IMG/VR virus record: IMGVR_UViG_3300021979_000001
Span: 194,948-258,947 of that record
DNA: 64,000 bases
Source: a virus
Lineage: Duplodnaviria; Heunggongvirae; Uroviricota; Caudoviricetes
Strand: one strand, 5' to 3'
Shown: piece after piece, positions 40,255 to 50,702 of the stretch
Layout of the letters: every line of letters starts with the position of its first letter
How positions within the stretch are numbered: position 1 is the first letter of the stretch
Notes under the pieces: model-generated
Told to the model about the DNA's origin: nothing
Seen by the model: the letters and a program-made list of their open reading frames with translations, nothing else
Database searches by the model: none
Program-made: the position numbers and the translations under genes

Positions 40255-40455
40255 ATGGTTTTGAAATTTTCGACACTGGCTGGTGGCGTCTATATTATGG
40301 TTGGCAGCGATTTTGAAATCCAGGATACCGTCCAATGTTTTCGGTTTTACGACGAAAAGGTCGAAGTTTCGACGGTCGGAAACTTGAAGCTGGATGCGTC
40401 GAAACATTGCTGGGTGCCCAGTGAATATAAATACAGTGACTTCCAATTTGCATAA
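40255..40455 (+). CDS. small hypothetical protein with own promoter and terminator
   Basis: TTGACG-N17-TATATT at 40192-40220; hairpin at 40454-40487. Confidence 0.6.
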   Translation: MVLKFSTLAGGVYIMVGSDFEIQDTVQCFRFYDEKVEVSTVGNLKLDASKHCWVPSEYKYSDFQFA

Positions 40456-40489
40456 AAAAAGGCCGGGTAAGATTGCCCGGCCTTTTTCG

Positions 40490-42631
40490 TTAGAATATGG
40501 TTGCGTTTTCCTCAAACTGCGTAAACTTATTTTCCCGCTTGACTAACAAAATTTTCTCTACTCTACCAATCAAATGTGTTTTATGCGAGATCAAGAAAAT
40601 TGACTTGCTCCGATCCCGCGTCATTCCTTTTAGGATTGATAGCGCCATATCAACACCGGCATCATCCAAACCATTGTCAATCAATTCATCGACAAACATC
40701 AGGTTCAGGTTGTCGTTAAGACTTTCCCAAACATCACGAAATGCCCAATGTGTCGCCAGAATAACACGGGTCATTTCACCCCGAGACAATTGTGCAAAAT
40801 CGTAATCCTGACCAAGATCGGTGATGTCAACTGACAAATCAGAACGAAATATCACCGCATGGGGTAGTGCCAACTTTTCCAAATAATGACTTACCCGTGT
40901 ATTCAAATATGCCAAGTTCTGATCTATAATTGCCTTACGCACAAAACTATCTTTTGATGTCAATAACTTATAAAGAAAATCCTGATGCGAAAACAGGGTT
41001 GTTAGTGCATTCAGTTCGGTGTAATTAACCTCCTGGATGGTGGTTTCAAGGGTTGTAACCTGATCGGCATGCGGATTTGATTTATCCATTTCATTTTCCA
41101 AATCCCGAACCAGTGAACTATAATATTGTCTGGTTACGTATAAATCATCACGAGTATCAAACAATGTTTGTGGACGACGTGCCATTTGTTCGATTGCAGA
41201 ATTTACCGTTGCAATCTGTTTATTGCATTCATAAATCAATGATTCCAAATCAGCAATTTTATTTTTAGCTTCGGTCGTTGCTTCTTTGCCTGCTTTGATT
41301 TTGTCATCAATCGCTACCAGCAAATTACTATGTTCTTCCTGGGAATCTGCTAGTTCCTTTTCCATTTTTTCTATATCAGATAAATGACCAGAAATTGTTT
41401 CTTCATGTGTGGCAATTTCGGCTTTCTTTTCTTCTATCGATTTTTCCAATGTAGCAACACGGGCAGTCATATTTTCAATAATGGTATTGTAATGATCGGT
41501 CCCATCAATATTTTGACCACAACACGTGCATGTCAGTTCATTTGGGTTACTCAATTCTTCATTGGCCGTAGCAAGGTCATCTAACATGGACGCCAAGGCA
41601 CTTTTTTTGGCCGTGTGTTGCGTGTTGAGCGTTTTAGTGTGGCCGTATGCTCTTTCAATTTCCCGCGTCTGCCGGGACATCTGATCAACAAGACGACGTT
41701 TATACGTTATGTCTGCGGCAATTTCCTGCTCGTTGCTATTGATACTTGAAATATATTCAATTTCTCGCTGGTGCGTTTTGAGTTCGGTCTCGTGTTCTAA
41801 CAGCAATGCCCGCAAATCCCGCATACCAGTATCATAAACTTCGGCTTCATCGAAAATTTTCAATTCCGCATCAAAATCAATATCAACCAGTTCCGAAATT
41901 TCTTTTTGAAGATTTGCAATAACATGTTCATGATTTTCTTCCCAGTTCTGACTTAATTTAGATTGGGTTTTGATCATTTGTTCTATGCGAGCATTAGCTT
42001 CTAATAATGCAGAAATATTTGCCTCTTGGGTGCGAATGCCATCTTTCGTTTCTGCTATTTGCGCCTTTAGTTCATCAGCACGCATACTGATTTGAGTGAT
42101 ACCAAGTAATTCTTCAATTACTTCCCGCTGTTCCCCTGCTTTTAGTTTGAGAAACGGTTCAGTAAAGGTATTCAAGGCGACAATATGACGGAACATCGTG
42201 TTTGACATACCAAACGCACGTTCAATGTCTTCTTGCGTATGCTTGTTTTCTCCCTGGGCTTCATCAGTGCTGATCTGTTCTTCGTCATCAACGAAAAAAC
42301 GAAGCACATTCGGCTTTCTGCCGCGCTCAATACGATACCGTTTATTGTCGCGAATAAAATCCAGCGTAACCAACATATTCTTGCCATTGATATTGTTGAC
42401 AAGATTATCAATTTTAATTTTTGTCAACGGGGTTCCGTAAAGTGCGTAATTAATCGCTTGTAGAATTGCAGTTTTCCCCGCACCATTTTTTGCATTTCCG
42501 TCGTTGTTATCGATATTTTGACCGATTACCAGGGTCATGTTATTTCCGTCTAGAGAAATCTCATGGGGAACCTGACCAATAGACAAAAAGTTTTGCATCG
42601 AAATCTTTTCAAGTTTAATCATAATACTCAC
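40490..42631 (-). CDS. recombination ATPase gp46 (SbcC/Rad50-like)
   Basis: NFLSIG, NGAGKT, CTCCGQ zinc hook, LSRGE, FVDE..D.GLD, ISH. Confidence 0.95.
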   Translation of the reverse strand: MSIMIKLEKISMQNFLSIGQVPHEISLDGNNMTLVIGQNIDNNDGNAKNGAGKTAILQAINYALYGTPLTKIKIDNLVNNINGKNMLVTLDFIRDNKRYRIERGRKPNVLRFFVDDEEQISTDEAQGENKHTQEDIERAFGMSNTMFRHIVALNTFTEPFLKLKAGEQREVIEELLGITQISMRADELKAQIAETKDGIRTQEANISALLEANARIEQMIKTQSKLSQNWEENHEHVIANLQKEISELVDIDFDAELKIFDEAEVYDTGMRDLRALLLEHETELKTHQREIEYISSINSNEQEIAADITYKRRLVDQMSRQTREIERAYGHTKTLNTQHTAKKSALASMLDDLATANEELSNPNELTCTCCGQNIDGTDHYNTIIENMTARVATLEKSIEEKKAEIATHEETISGHLSDIEKMEKELADSQEEHSNLLVAIDDKIKAGKEATTEAKNKIADLESLIYECNKQIATVNSAIEQMARRPQTLFDTRDDLYVTRQYYSSLVRDLENEMDKSNPHADQVTTLETTIQEVNYTELNALTTLFSHQDFLYKLLTSKDSFVRKAIIDQNLAYLNTRVSHYLEKLALPHAVIFRSDLSVDITDLGQDYDFAQLSRGEMTRVILATHWAFRDVWESLNDNLNLMFVDELIDNGLDDAGVDMALSILKGMTRDRSKSIFLISHKTHLIGRVEKILLVKRENKFTQFEENATIF

Positions 42632-42724
42632 TTATTCAAAAAGTTATTGGTATGCTTTAATTATCTAGCAATTATGACATTGTTAATATGTCAACCAAAA
42701 TATAACAGATGTTGCACAAAAGAA

Positions 42725-43096
42725 TCAATAAATCTGTGGTTTTAAATCGTTATCTACACCATACAATTCTTCAATTAGCTTCCATGCATTTGTGTTCTCT
42801 ATTTTTCTTATTTTGAACCGATAATCACTTGCCAGTCTCATTAGAACTGTATTCGGTTCATCCTCAAACAAAAGAACAGTCATGGTATATTGATCACAAC
42901 CCCATATAACTCGATCTATAAAAACACAGTTTGGGAATAATTCGGCAATGTATTTTACCGATGATAAATCCGCCCCTATTTTCGACATTTGATGGGCTAT
43001 CCATTTATATTCAACGTCCTTGACAACATCAGAATATGAAAATGGGAGATTAGTAAATCCTTGGCGAAATTGATGCAGTAGAACCCGATCAGTCAT
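42725..43096 (-). CDS. hypothetical protein
   Basis: 123 aa; LLFEDEPNTVLMRL resembles the window-wide motif. Confidence 0.6.
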   Translation of the reverse strand: MTDRVLLHQFRQGFTNLPFSYSDVVKDVEYKWIAHQMSKIGADLSSVKYIAELFPNCVFIDRVIWGCDQYTMTVLLFEDEPNTVLMRLASDYRFKIRKIENTNAWKLIEELYGVDNDLKPQIY

Positions 43097-43596
43097 TATT
43101 TGGGCACTTGGTTGAATAATTTATTGATGGTGGCTTTGGTCAACTTGCCTTTTCTGTGTAAGGGGCGAAGGGTTGAACCTGGGAAATATCCCATTCTGAC
43201 AATACCATCGTTTAATAATCTTGATGCATCCGCAATTATAAAATTCTTGTCATCTAGATGCTTGTCCATTTCATCCGCATTAAATGTTCTGCTTTTTCCT
43301 AACATTCCACTTGGACAAATATTGATGTCTTTTTTCCCCGACTTCACTTCAATCTTTTCGCCAGTGATTGTGTTTTCAATATCATAGCCTTTCGATTGGG
43401 CATTCAGGACGTAATCAGTGGATGTTTGCTGTAATTGTTTTAATGCAAGCTGTTCAATGGCAAAACCAGTCGATGACCCACGTTCGGTGAAAATCGTTGT
43501 TAAACATTCACCAAGATAACCGGTTTTTTTGATTTCATTAATTTCATTTGATAAATTGTATTCAGTTACATTATTAAGTTGTAAATTTCTTTCCAT
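43096..43596 (-). CDS. putative PD-(D/E)xK endonuclease
   Basis: E...GYDIE....EKIEVKS catalytic-type pattern. Confidence 0.55.
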   Translation of the reverse strand: MERNLQLNNVTEYNLSNEINEIKKTGYLGECLTTIFTERGSSTGFAIEQLALKQLQQTSTDYVLNAQSKGYDIENTITGEKIEVKSGKKDINICPSGMLGKSRTFNADEMDKHLDDKNFIIADASRLLNDGIVRMGYFPGSTLRPLHRKGKLTKATINKLFNQVPK

Positions 43597-43684
43597 AGTA
43601 ATTAAATCTCGTATCTAAGTTGATACAAGTATTCTCTCACATATGATAAGTAAAATGCAAAATTAAAGTAAACAAAAATAGAAA

Positions 43685-44569
43685 TTATTCTGGCGGAACC
43701 ATAGTAAAAATTAAATTGGCATTGCTAGAACATGCCAAATACTTACCATTACCATAACAAACTTCGTTGAAATAAGTTGATGCATCCGAAATATTCTGTT
43801 TCCATGTTAAACCATCGTCCGAAGAATAAACCGATGATGAATTAGTCATAAAAAATTTGGTATTCGCTGACATAAGACTGATTGCGGTAATAGGAGCATC
43901 TAATTGTGTCCAGTTAATACCATTAGTGGTGCTAGCATATTTTAATGTGACGTTTGGTAGTGCTAACAAAATACTACCATTTTGTGCAAATGATGTTACT
44001 GTATTTGTTGAACCTATGTAACTTCGCGACCATGTATTTGTTGGGATTGTTGCTGTTGCGGTTCTGCCCACTACGCCGCCAACTACAAATCTCCCACCAA
44101 TATATGAAGATGTGATGTAAGTATCAGACGAATTAATATATTTTCCTGTCCATGAAACGCCATTAGATGAATAAATAATTGAACCACCATCTATTGTGGC
44201 TATGTAATAACCATTGGCAAAGGTAATACTGTTAATGGTATTACTCGATGTGAATTTGTTATTGGTCCAGGATGTTCCCGTTGTCGAGTTATATAATACA
44301 CCAAGATTGCCAATTGCTGTGAATTTACCATTTGCGTATATTACCCGGTTAAGTGGATATTGTGGCGTAATATTGCGATTAGTCCAAGTTAATCCATCTG
44401 GGGATGTGGCAATCCCTTCTCCAACAGCAACAAATAATCCATTACCATAAGCAACACTATTAACTTTGAATAAATCAAAATCATGTGTTACCCAAGTTGG
44501 GTCAACGGCTTTGCTGTATAATCGTAATCTACCAACGTTTGGTTTTATTCCAGAAATAGTGTATGCCAT
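43685..44569 (-). CDS. beta-propeller (BNR/YVTN-like) protein, paralogue 5
   Basis: repeated YGNG.FVAVG / SxDGxTW blades; N-terminus MAYTISGIKPNVGRLRLYSK. Confidence 0.85.
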   Translation of the reverse strand: MAYTISGIKPNVGRLRLYSKAVDPTWVTHDFDLFKVNSVAYGNGLFVAVGEGIATSPDGLTWTNRNITPQYPLNRVIYANGKFTAIGNLGVLYNSTTGTSWTNNKFTSSNTINSITFANGYYIATIDGGSIIYSSNGVSWTGKYINSSDTYITSSYIGGRFVVGGVVGRTATATIPTNTWSRSYIGSTNTVTSFAQNGSILLALPNVTLKYASTTNGINWTQLDAPITAISLMSANTKFFMTNSSSVYSSDDGLTWKQNISDASTYFNEVCYGNGKYLACSSNANLIFTMVPPE

Positions 44570-44607
44570 TTATAATAAATCCTAATCAAATCGTTATATT
44601 GTTATTA

Positions 44608-45498
44608 TTATTCAGGTAGAGACATCGTGTAAATAATGTTTTGGTTATTAGCACAACCAACATATATGCCATTACCATAGCAAACGTCATGCATCCGCTG
44701 GTTCATAACAGTATTGTGCGGGGTCCACTCCAAACCATCATCTGATCCATAAATGGATGTTGCGTTTGATACAAAAAATTTATTGTTTGCGAACAATATT
44801 TTGTAAGACGAAATTGGTGATGTATGAAATTCCCACGACAATCCCGTAGTCGATATACCATAAGCATCGGTTCCATCTAACGTCGAGATCAGTTTGGTTC
44901 CACTATTCGCATAATAAGAAATGGTGTTAACATTGCCGCTGCCGCGAAGCTGCCAGGTTCCGGTTGGCGAAGGTGAAGCATATGAGTATGATCCATTTGT
45001 TCCACCCGCGATAAACCGGTTATTAAAATATGTTAAGGCACCATATGTAGTTGATGAAGTTATGAGTTTTTGATTCCAAGAAACCCCATTGGTTGAGTAA
45101 TATACATATGATATTTGTGGAAGTGTAACGTAATATCCATTAGCATATATTAACGTATTGTGGTTGTAAGTAGATGCAAAACTGTTATTGCTCCAAGTTA
45201 TGCCATTGGTTGATGAATATGATGAACCTAGATCACCAATTGCAGAGAATTTGCCGTTAACATATATTACTTTATTAAGAGGGTTTGTTAGGGTTAATCC
45301 GTTTATCTTTGACCAGTTGATACCATCAGTCGATGTGGCAATACCATTTCCAACAGCTACAAATAAACCATTTCCATAAGCAACACTTCTGACTGTAAAT
45401 AAATCAAAAGTTCGGGTTTTCCACCTAATCCCAACTGGTTTACTGTATAATTTTAGTTTACCAACATTTGGTTTAATTCCCGATATAATATATGCCAT
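44608..45498 (-). CDS. beta-propeller protein, paralogue 4
   Basis: same repeats; N-terminus MAYIISGIKPNVGKLKLYSKP. Confidence 0.85.
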   Translation of the reverse strand: MAYIISGIKPNVGKLKLYSKPVGIRWKTRTFDLFTVRSVAYGNGLFVAVGNGIATSTDGINWSKINGLTLTNPLNKVIYVNGKFSAIGDLGSSYSSTNGITWSNNSFASTYNHNTLIYANGYYVTLPQISYVYYSTNGVSWNQKLITSSTTYGALTYFNNRFIAGGTNGSYSYASPSPTGTWQLRGSGNVNTISYYANSGTKLISTLDGTDAYGISTTGLSWEFHTSPISSYKILFANNKFFVSNATSIYGSDDGLEWTPHNTVMNQRMHDVCYGNGIYVGCANNQNIIYTMSLPE

Positions 45499-45564
45499 GG
45501 TTTTTCACTCATTTTCTAACAATGTTGAGTATATATTTATTGATCAACGGTATTGATTTTTTAA

Positions 45565-46446
45565 TTAAATTGGTGGGACCATTGTATATATTTGATTCCA
45601 GTTGCCGGATACACCTACATATCTGCCATCACCATACGTAACATGTTGAAGTGAATTTGATATTTCTGCGGTATGTTGTTCCCATGTGATGCCATCTTCT
45701 GACCAGTAAATTGAACTGTTATCAGAAATAAATAACTTATTATTTGCGCTAACTATACGTTGTATGTTAATTGGAGAATCAATTTGTGTCCAATTAATAC
45801 CGTCATTAGTATGTATATATTTGTGGTTCAATGCGTTTAATGCTAACAGTGCAACGTTATTTGCCGCTAAACTACTAACAGTATTTGTCGATCCAACGTA
45901 ACGTAAATACCATGTGCTTGCTGGTGTTGTCGCTGATGCACATCTACCAGATGTCCCACCTGCATAAAACTTATTATTAAAATATGCTAATGAGAAAAAT
46001 TCATACGAAGAATTAACAATTATTCTGGTCCACCCAACACTTTGTGATGCATATAAAAATGCCATACCCGTTCCAGTCGTTACATAATAACCATTTGCAA
46101 AAATGGTATCATTATAATACCCAGGTGTGCTTGATATACTTGCGTTAGACCATGTGGTTCCGTTAACTGAATAATATGAAACGCCATTTGGTCCCATTGT
46201 GGCGAATTGATTATTCCCATAAACAATTCTATTTGCATTTGGATTTATATTCAGGTTTGTCCAATTTAAACCATCTGCGGACGTGGCAATCCCGTCACCA
46301 ACGGCAACAAATAATCCATTCCCATAAACAACATCTTTCAAAGTAAACATATCAAAATCATGAACTTTCCATGTTGGCACAACTGGCTTACTGAATAATT
46401 TCAATTTACCAACATTTGGTTTAATTCCTGATATGCTGTAAGACAC
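45565..46446 (-). CDS. beta-propeller protein, paralogue 3
   Basis: same repeats; N-terminus MSYSISGIKPNVGKLKLFSKP (GTG start). Confidence 0.85.
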   Translation of the reverse strand: MSYSISGIKPNVGKLKLFSKPVVPTWKVHDFDMFTLKDVVYGNGLFVAVGDGIATSADGLNWTNLNINPNANRIVYGNNQFATMGPNGVSYYSVNGTTWSNASISSTPGYYNDTIFANGYYVTTGTGMAFLYASQSVGWTRIIVNSSYEFFSLAYFNNKFYAGGTSGRCASATTPASTWYLRYVGSTNTVSSLAANNVALLALNALNHKYIHTNDGINWTQIDSPINIQRIVSANNKLFISDNSSIYWSEDGITWEQHTAEISNSLQHVTYGDGRYVGVSGNWNQIYTMVPPI

Positions 46447-46506
46447 GGTTCATCATCCTGATATTATTGTTTTTATTATTTATTGATAGATGGCTAATTA
46501 TTATAA

Positions 46507-47430
46507 TTAGGTAGATACTGGGGTTAATGTGTAAAATTTATTTTCACCAATCCCACACGCAAGATACATACCATTCCCGTAGCATATGCTGTTAACAATA
46601 GTCGGAGTATTGATTTTGTGTTCTTCCCATGTAATTCCATCATTGGATGCATAAAGTTGGGATGAATCATTTGCCATAAAAAACGTGTTATTTGCATATA
46701 TCATCTTCTTTGATATAATGGGGCCATCAATCCATTCCCAGGTATACCCGGATGATGATTTTGCATATTTTTTGTCGGTATCGTTTGTAGCACCAATAAC
46801 AATAGATGTGCCATTAGATGATAGACTAAGTATTTTTTTGTCTGATGCACCTAATGATCTAGATGCCAAATTTGATAGTGCGGTGATATTGGTGGCGGTT
46901 CGTATTTTTCCGATTTCACCGGAAATAATAGAAACATTTCCTAAATTCGATACAGACGTGAACTCTTGATTAGAAAATGTGCTATTTTGAGTAAACCACG
47001 TTCCGTTTGTGGCGACATAATATCCACCATCACCAACATTAATAAACGTATTGTTACTGGTATTAAAAGAAACATCCAACATATTTGAAATTAATGTTCC
47101 CGAAGTAGTCGATGTCCATTTGGTAGGTATCGAACTATCTTGCACTAATATTTCATTTCCAGAAGTATAACCATAGCCGTTTGTTGATGTATATAAAACA
47201 TGTGTTATAGGATTAGTAAAGACACCCGATGCAGTTCTGACCGTCCAAACCATTCCATCCGTTGATGTAGCAAGACCATCCCCAGCCGCAACAAAAAGAC
47301 CATTATTATAAGTAATGCTGGTTATTGGAAATAAATCAAAGGTATGTGACTTCCATGTAGGCACAATTGGTTTACTGTATAATTTAAGCTGACCAATATT
47401 TGGTTTTATTCCTGAAATACTATATGCCAC
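46507..47430 (-). CDS. beta-propeller protein, paralogue 2
   Basis: same repeats; N-terminus MAYSISGIKPNIGQLKLYSKP (GTG start). Confidence 0.85.
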   Translation of the reverse strand: MAYSISGIKPNIGQLKLYSKPIVPTWKSHTFDLFPITSITYNNGLFVAAGDGLATSTDGMVWTVRTASGVFTNPITHVLYTSTNGYGYTSGNEILVQDSSIPTKWTSTTSGTLISNMLDVSFNTSNNTFINVGDGGYYVATNGTWFTQNSTFSNQEFTSVSNLGNVSIISGEIGKIRTATNITALSNLASRSLGASDKKILSLSSNGTSIVIGATNDTDKKYAKSSSGYTWEWIDGPIISKKMIYANNTFFMANDSSQLYASNDGITWEEHKINTPTIVNSICYGNGMYLACGIGENKFYTLTPVST

Positions 47431-47558
47431 AATTCAGTTTCCTTTTAAATATGTCAATTGATAGACCCGGATATAATATATTATTTATTCCATACTATCG
47501 GAGAGGTTAGTATACCTTTATCTATCTATGTGGCTGTTGGAATTATGTTGGATATAAC

Positions 47559-47589
47559 AAAATGGGCCACCATAAAGGTGACCCATTTC
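47559..47589 (-). terminator. intrinsic terminator
   Basis: minus strand AAATGGGTCACC-TTTAT-GGTGGCCCATTT followed by TGTTAT. Confidence 0.65.
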
Positions 47590-47695
47590 GAGGTTATATA
47601 AATCATCAAATAAAGGATTACCCTTTTGCACTCTATGAAGACGTGTGGTAGCCCGTGACATATTTATTTATCTTCGTTATTATGCCATTACGAAT

Positions 47696-48643
47696 TTATG
47701 CGGGTGATACTGCTAATTTTCCGTTGCTACTACCAATATAAAATTTTCCATCATGATAATATGTTGCATTAATAGTAGTATTTCCGAGATTAGAGGTTTG
47801 TGTTGTCCAATCTGCAAGATTATTTGATGTTTTGATCTGCCCGATTGATGATGTTACTGTGTAAATTCCATTACCGAAAGAAATAGAATAGTTATTATAT
47901 GATGCACCGAACGGAGATGTTCTACCAAACCATTGAATACCATCATAGGAAATCGCAATTTTGCCACCTGTTCCACAAGTAACAAATCGTCTTCCGTCCC
48001 AAATAATACTAAGGTAAGAGTCCACGTCGGTAAACACATCATTTGTTGTTAATGTCCAGGTCGAGCCATTATCCGTAGAAATCGCATTAGTCCCGTTAGA
48101 GCCAACCGCAACGAGTTTTCCATCGCCATAAGCAATGTCCTTAAAATCATATTGTGACCCACCGATACCACCATCGGTGTTTCTTGTCCAACTGGTCCCG
48201 TTTGTGGAGGTAAGAAACAGACTGTTATTGCCTACAGCTACATAACTGGTTCCCGTATAGCAAACTCCGAACAGGTAACGCTCAACAGAACTGTATGAAC
48301 GCGGAGTCCAGGATACACCATTAGACGATGTGACTAATGCACCATTTGCACCAACTGCAACGAACAAATTATTTGCGAAAGTCACCCCATAAATAGCTTG
48401 GCTTTGTCCACTCCCACGAGCGACCCACGTTGATCCATCGGCAGATGTTGAAATATTGCCGCTAGCACCAACAGCAACATAAATGCCATTACCATAAGTA
48501 ATGTCTTGAATGCTGTTTGATCCAAACTGTGATGTTTTTTCAACCCATGTTACACCCAGATTTGGAATATTATCATACTTAATTTTCGTATTGATTTTTA
48601 ATCGCCCGGTATCTGGTTTAATGCCTGAAATAGAAAGTCCCAT
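47696..48643 (-). CDS. beta-propeller protein, paralogue 1 (most divergent)
   Basis: YGNG.YVAVG..G...S.DG..W blades; N-terminus MGLSISGIKPDTGRLKI. Confidence 0.85.
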   Translation of the reverse strand: MGLSISGIKPDTGRLKINTKIKYDNIPNLGVTWVEKTSQFGSNSIQDITYGNGIYVAVGASGNISTSADGSTWVARGSGQSQAIYGVTFANNLFVAVGANGALVTSSNGVSWTPRSYSSVERYLFGVCYTGTSYVAVGNNSLFLTSTNGTSWTRNTDGGIGGSQYDFKDIAYGDGKLVAVGSNGTNAISTDNGSTWTLTTNDVFTDVDSYLSIIWDGRRFVTCGTGGKIAISYDGIQWFGRTSPFGASYNNYSISFGNGIYTVTSSIGQIKTSNNLADWTTQTSNLGNTTINATYYHDGKFYIGSSNGKLAVSPA

Positions 48644-48654
48644 AATAAATATCC

Positions 48655-49680
48655 TTAATTTGATTGAAGGTTTTGGTAAAGGTTAATTAATGTTGATTTA
48701 TCCAAATCATTTGACTGCAATGAATTAATACCATCAATTACGATCTGATCAATTGAATGAAAAGTCATATTTTCCGAAAATGTTAGTGCATCTTCTTTTT
48801 TTGGCTGATTAATCAGTTCAATTTTACGTAAATTATCCGACTCGATAAAGGTATCTTTTATCAACTGTGCTTCTTCATAGCTAATATCAATATCGATGGT
48901 TACACGAGCGGTCAGATTTGGAACAAGCAACCCATCCGGGTTATTAAGCATGCTGCTTAGCTTCATTGTCCGAAATAGTGGTTGTTTGGGCCATGATTTA
49001 AATACAGGTTTGTCTCCATGCGTTAAAAACATCATACCCCGATCTTCATCCCATGCGTCCGAGAAATCAAATGGCATTACGTTGCCCATGTAGACGATAT
49101 TGTTTTTAACTTGACGCATATGAAAATGCCCGGTGAAAACATATTCATTGCCTTCGAACTGGGATGTTTCGGTCCCATGTCCTTCTGGCATTGCTACCTT
49201 GGCATTCATTAAAAATCCGGGAATTTCAAGATGGGCAAAGGTATATCTACTGTTTTTAAGGTCTTTAATTGATTTGTGTTCATCCCCAACCAACCATGGT
49301 AGAAAAGCCACATCATCAATTACGGTAGGATTCATGACAACTTCAATATTCGAGAATTTTTTTGCAAACTCAACCGATGCAACATCGCGTTTGCTACGAT
49401 AAAACAAATCATGGTTGCCAGGGATAAACCACACCTTATCAAATGCCGCATTCAGCATTTCCAGGCCCCGCAAACTGTAATTTAGGGTCAGTGCTTGAAT
49501 CTGGTGGCGATTATCATGCCAATCACCCGCGAAGATACAGGTTTCTGCACCATATTCTTTTGCTTCTGCGATAAACCATTCAAGAAAATCGATATTATCT
49601 TGTAACGATAACTGACTGTTGCCGTTGCGGCCAAAATGAATATCAGTAAACGATACTGCTTTTTTAAATAATTCTGCCAT
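48655..49680 (-). CDS. recombination nuclease gp47 (SbcD/Mre11-like); start probably 49680
   Basis: TDIHFG, GDWHD, PGNHD, GHFH metallophosphoesterase motifs. Confidence 0.95.
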   Translation of the reverse strand: MAELFKKAVSFTDIHFGRNGNSQLSLQDNIDFLEWFIAEAKEYGAETCIFAGDWHDNRHQIQALTLNYSLRGLEMLNAAFDKVWFIPGNHDLFYRSKRDVASVEFAKKFSNIEVVMNPTVIDDVAFLPWLVGDEHKSIKDLKNSRYTFAHLEIPGFLMNAKVAMPEGHGTETSQFEGNEYVFTGHFHMRQVKNNIVYMGNVMPFDFSDAWDEDRGMMFLTHGDKPVFKSWPKQPLFRTMKLSSMLNNPDGLLVPNLTARVTIDIDISYEEAQLIKDTFIESDNLRKIELINQPKKEDALTFSENMTFHSIDQIVIDGINSLQSNDLDKSTLINLYQNLQSN

Positions 49681-49795
49681 TAAATATGTTTTCCAATATA
49701 CGATTAAAAATAAGATATACCCAATAACCGGGGGTGAGACCAATATTAAAATGCAAATAACCGGCGGGATAATTTTTATCCCGCCTTGATTATTA

Positions 49796-50593
49796 TTATT
49801 TTACTTTTTTTGGTCTGCCCGGTTTTCCCGGTTTACGGACCGGTTCATCCCAAAATTCAATCTCGTTTTCAACCTGGCGCGAAAATGATGGGGCTTCCCC
49901 TGCAATAATACGCAGTTCATCCCGAATATCTTGATTTTTCTTTTCCAGGTTAAGAATGCGAGTGAAACAATGGCTGATCACCGTTGTATAAAACGAGAAT
50001 GGATTTGATGATTTGGATTCGTCAAATTGTAGACCAACCTGGCATAAATGAGTAATTGCATGTCCTCTCATTTCATCGTTATACGAATATCCGCGCCAGT
50101 TCCCACGAATACTATACTTGTTTACCATGTGTTGGATCATTTTTCCAAGTTTATCGGTGAACCTTCCTTTGTCCGGGGAAAAATTGCCGATTTCAAAGTC
50201 CCCGTCCCAATGTGATCTGCATACCTCAACATATTTCCCGTCTCTGATCACATAATGCTTAAATGGTGGAAATGGAGTTTTTGCATGATTTTTACCGTTC
50301 TTTGCTTTGCGTTTTCTTTCTGGATCAATGGGAATATGATCAAATGTCATTACTCTCCAAATGATGTCTTCATCTGAAAATGTTTCAGGATCAATTGGGG
50401 TTTCTCCTTTTACCGACATAGATGATGCTTTTTCTAATTTTGCTTCGATTATTTTACTCGAAGTAATTTCAGATAAATCATCAATAATAATATCATATTC
50501 TGCGTATTTTGGATCAAGTTGTTCGCAGTATGATTTTTTACTTTTATGAATTTCGATAAGTAAATCTTTGTTGTTAATAAAATTAGTCGCCAT
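49796..50593 (-). CDS. late-transcription sigma factor (gp55-like)
   Basis: INNKDLL.EI, NWRGYSY.DEM, QFDESKS.NPFSFYT...F.RIL..EK. Confidence 0.88.
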   Translation of the reverse strand: MATNFINNKDLLIEIHKSKKSYCEQLDPKYAEYDIIIDDLSEITSSKIIEAKLEKASSMSVKGETPIDPETFSDEDIIWRVMTFDHIPIDPERKRKAKNGKNHAKTPFPPFKHYVIRDGKYVEVCRSHWDGDFEIGNFSPDKGRFTDKLGKMIQHMVNKYSIRGNWRGYSYNDEMRGHAITHLCQVGLQFDESKSSNPFSFYTTVISHCFTRILNLEKKNQDIRDELRIIAGEAPSFSRQVENEIEFWDEPVRKPGKPGRPKKVK

Positions 50594-50702
50594 GGGATAC
50601 TTTCAACGTTTTATTATTTTATTACTATACCAAAGGAGTTACTTAAACACCAAATTAATACTTGTTATTTTTGAAAAAAACTTTTATTTATTATTGAAAC
50701 AA

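Noticed and set aside
43685-48643. Diversity-generating retroelement acting on the propellers
   Set aside because: No reverse transcriptase and no near-identical template/variable repeat pair differing at adenines; divergence is spread throughout.
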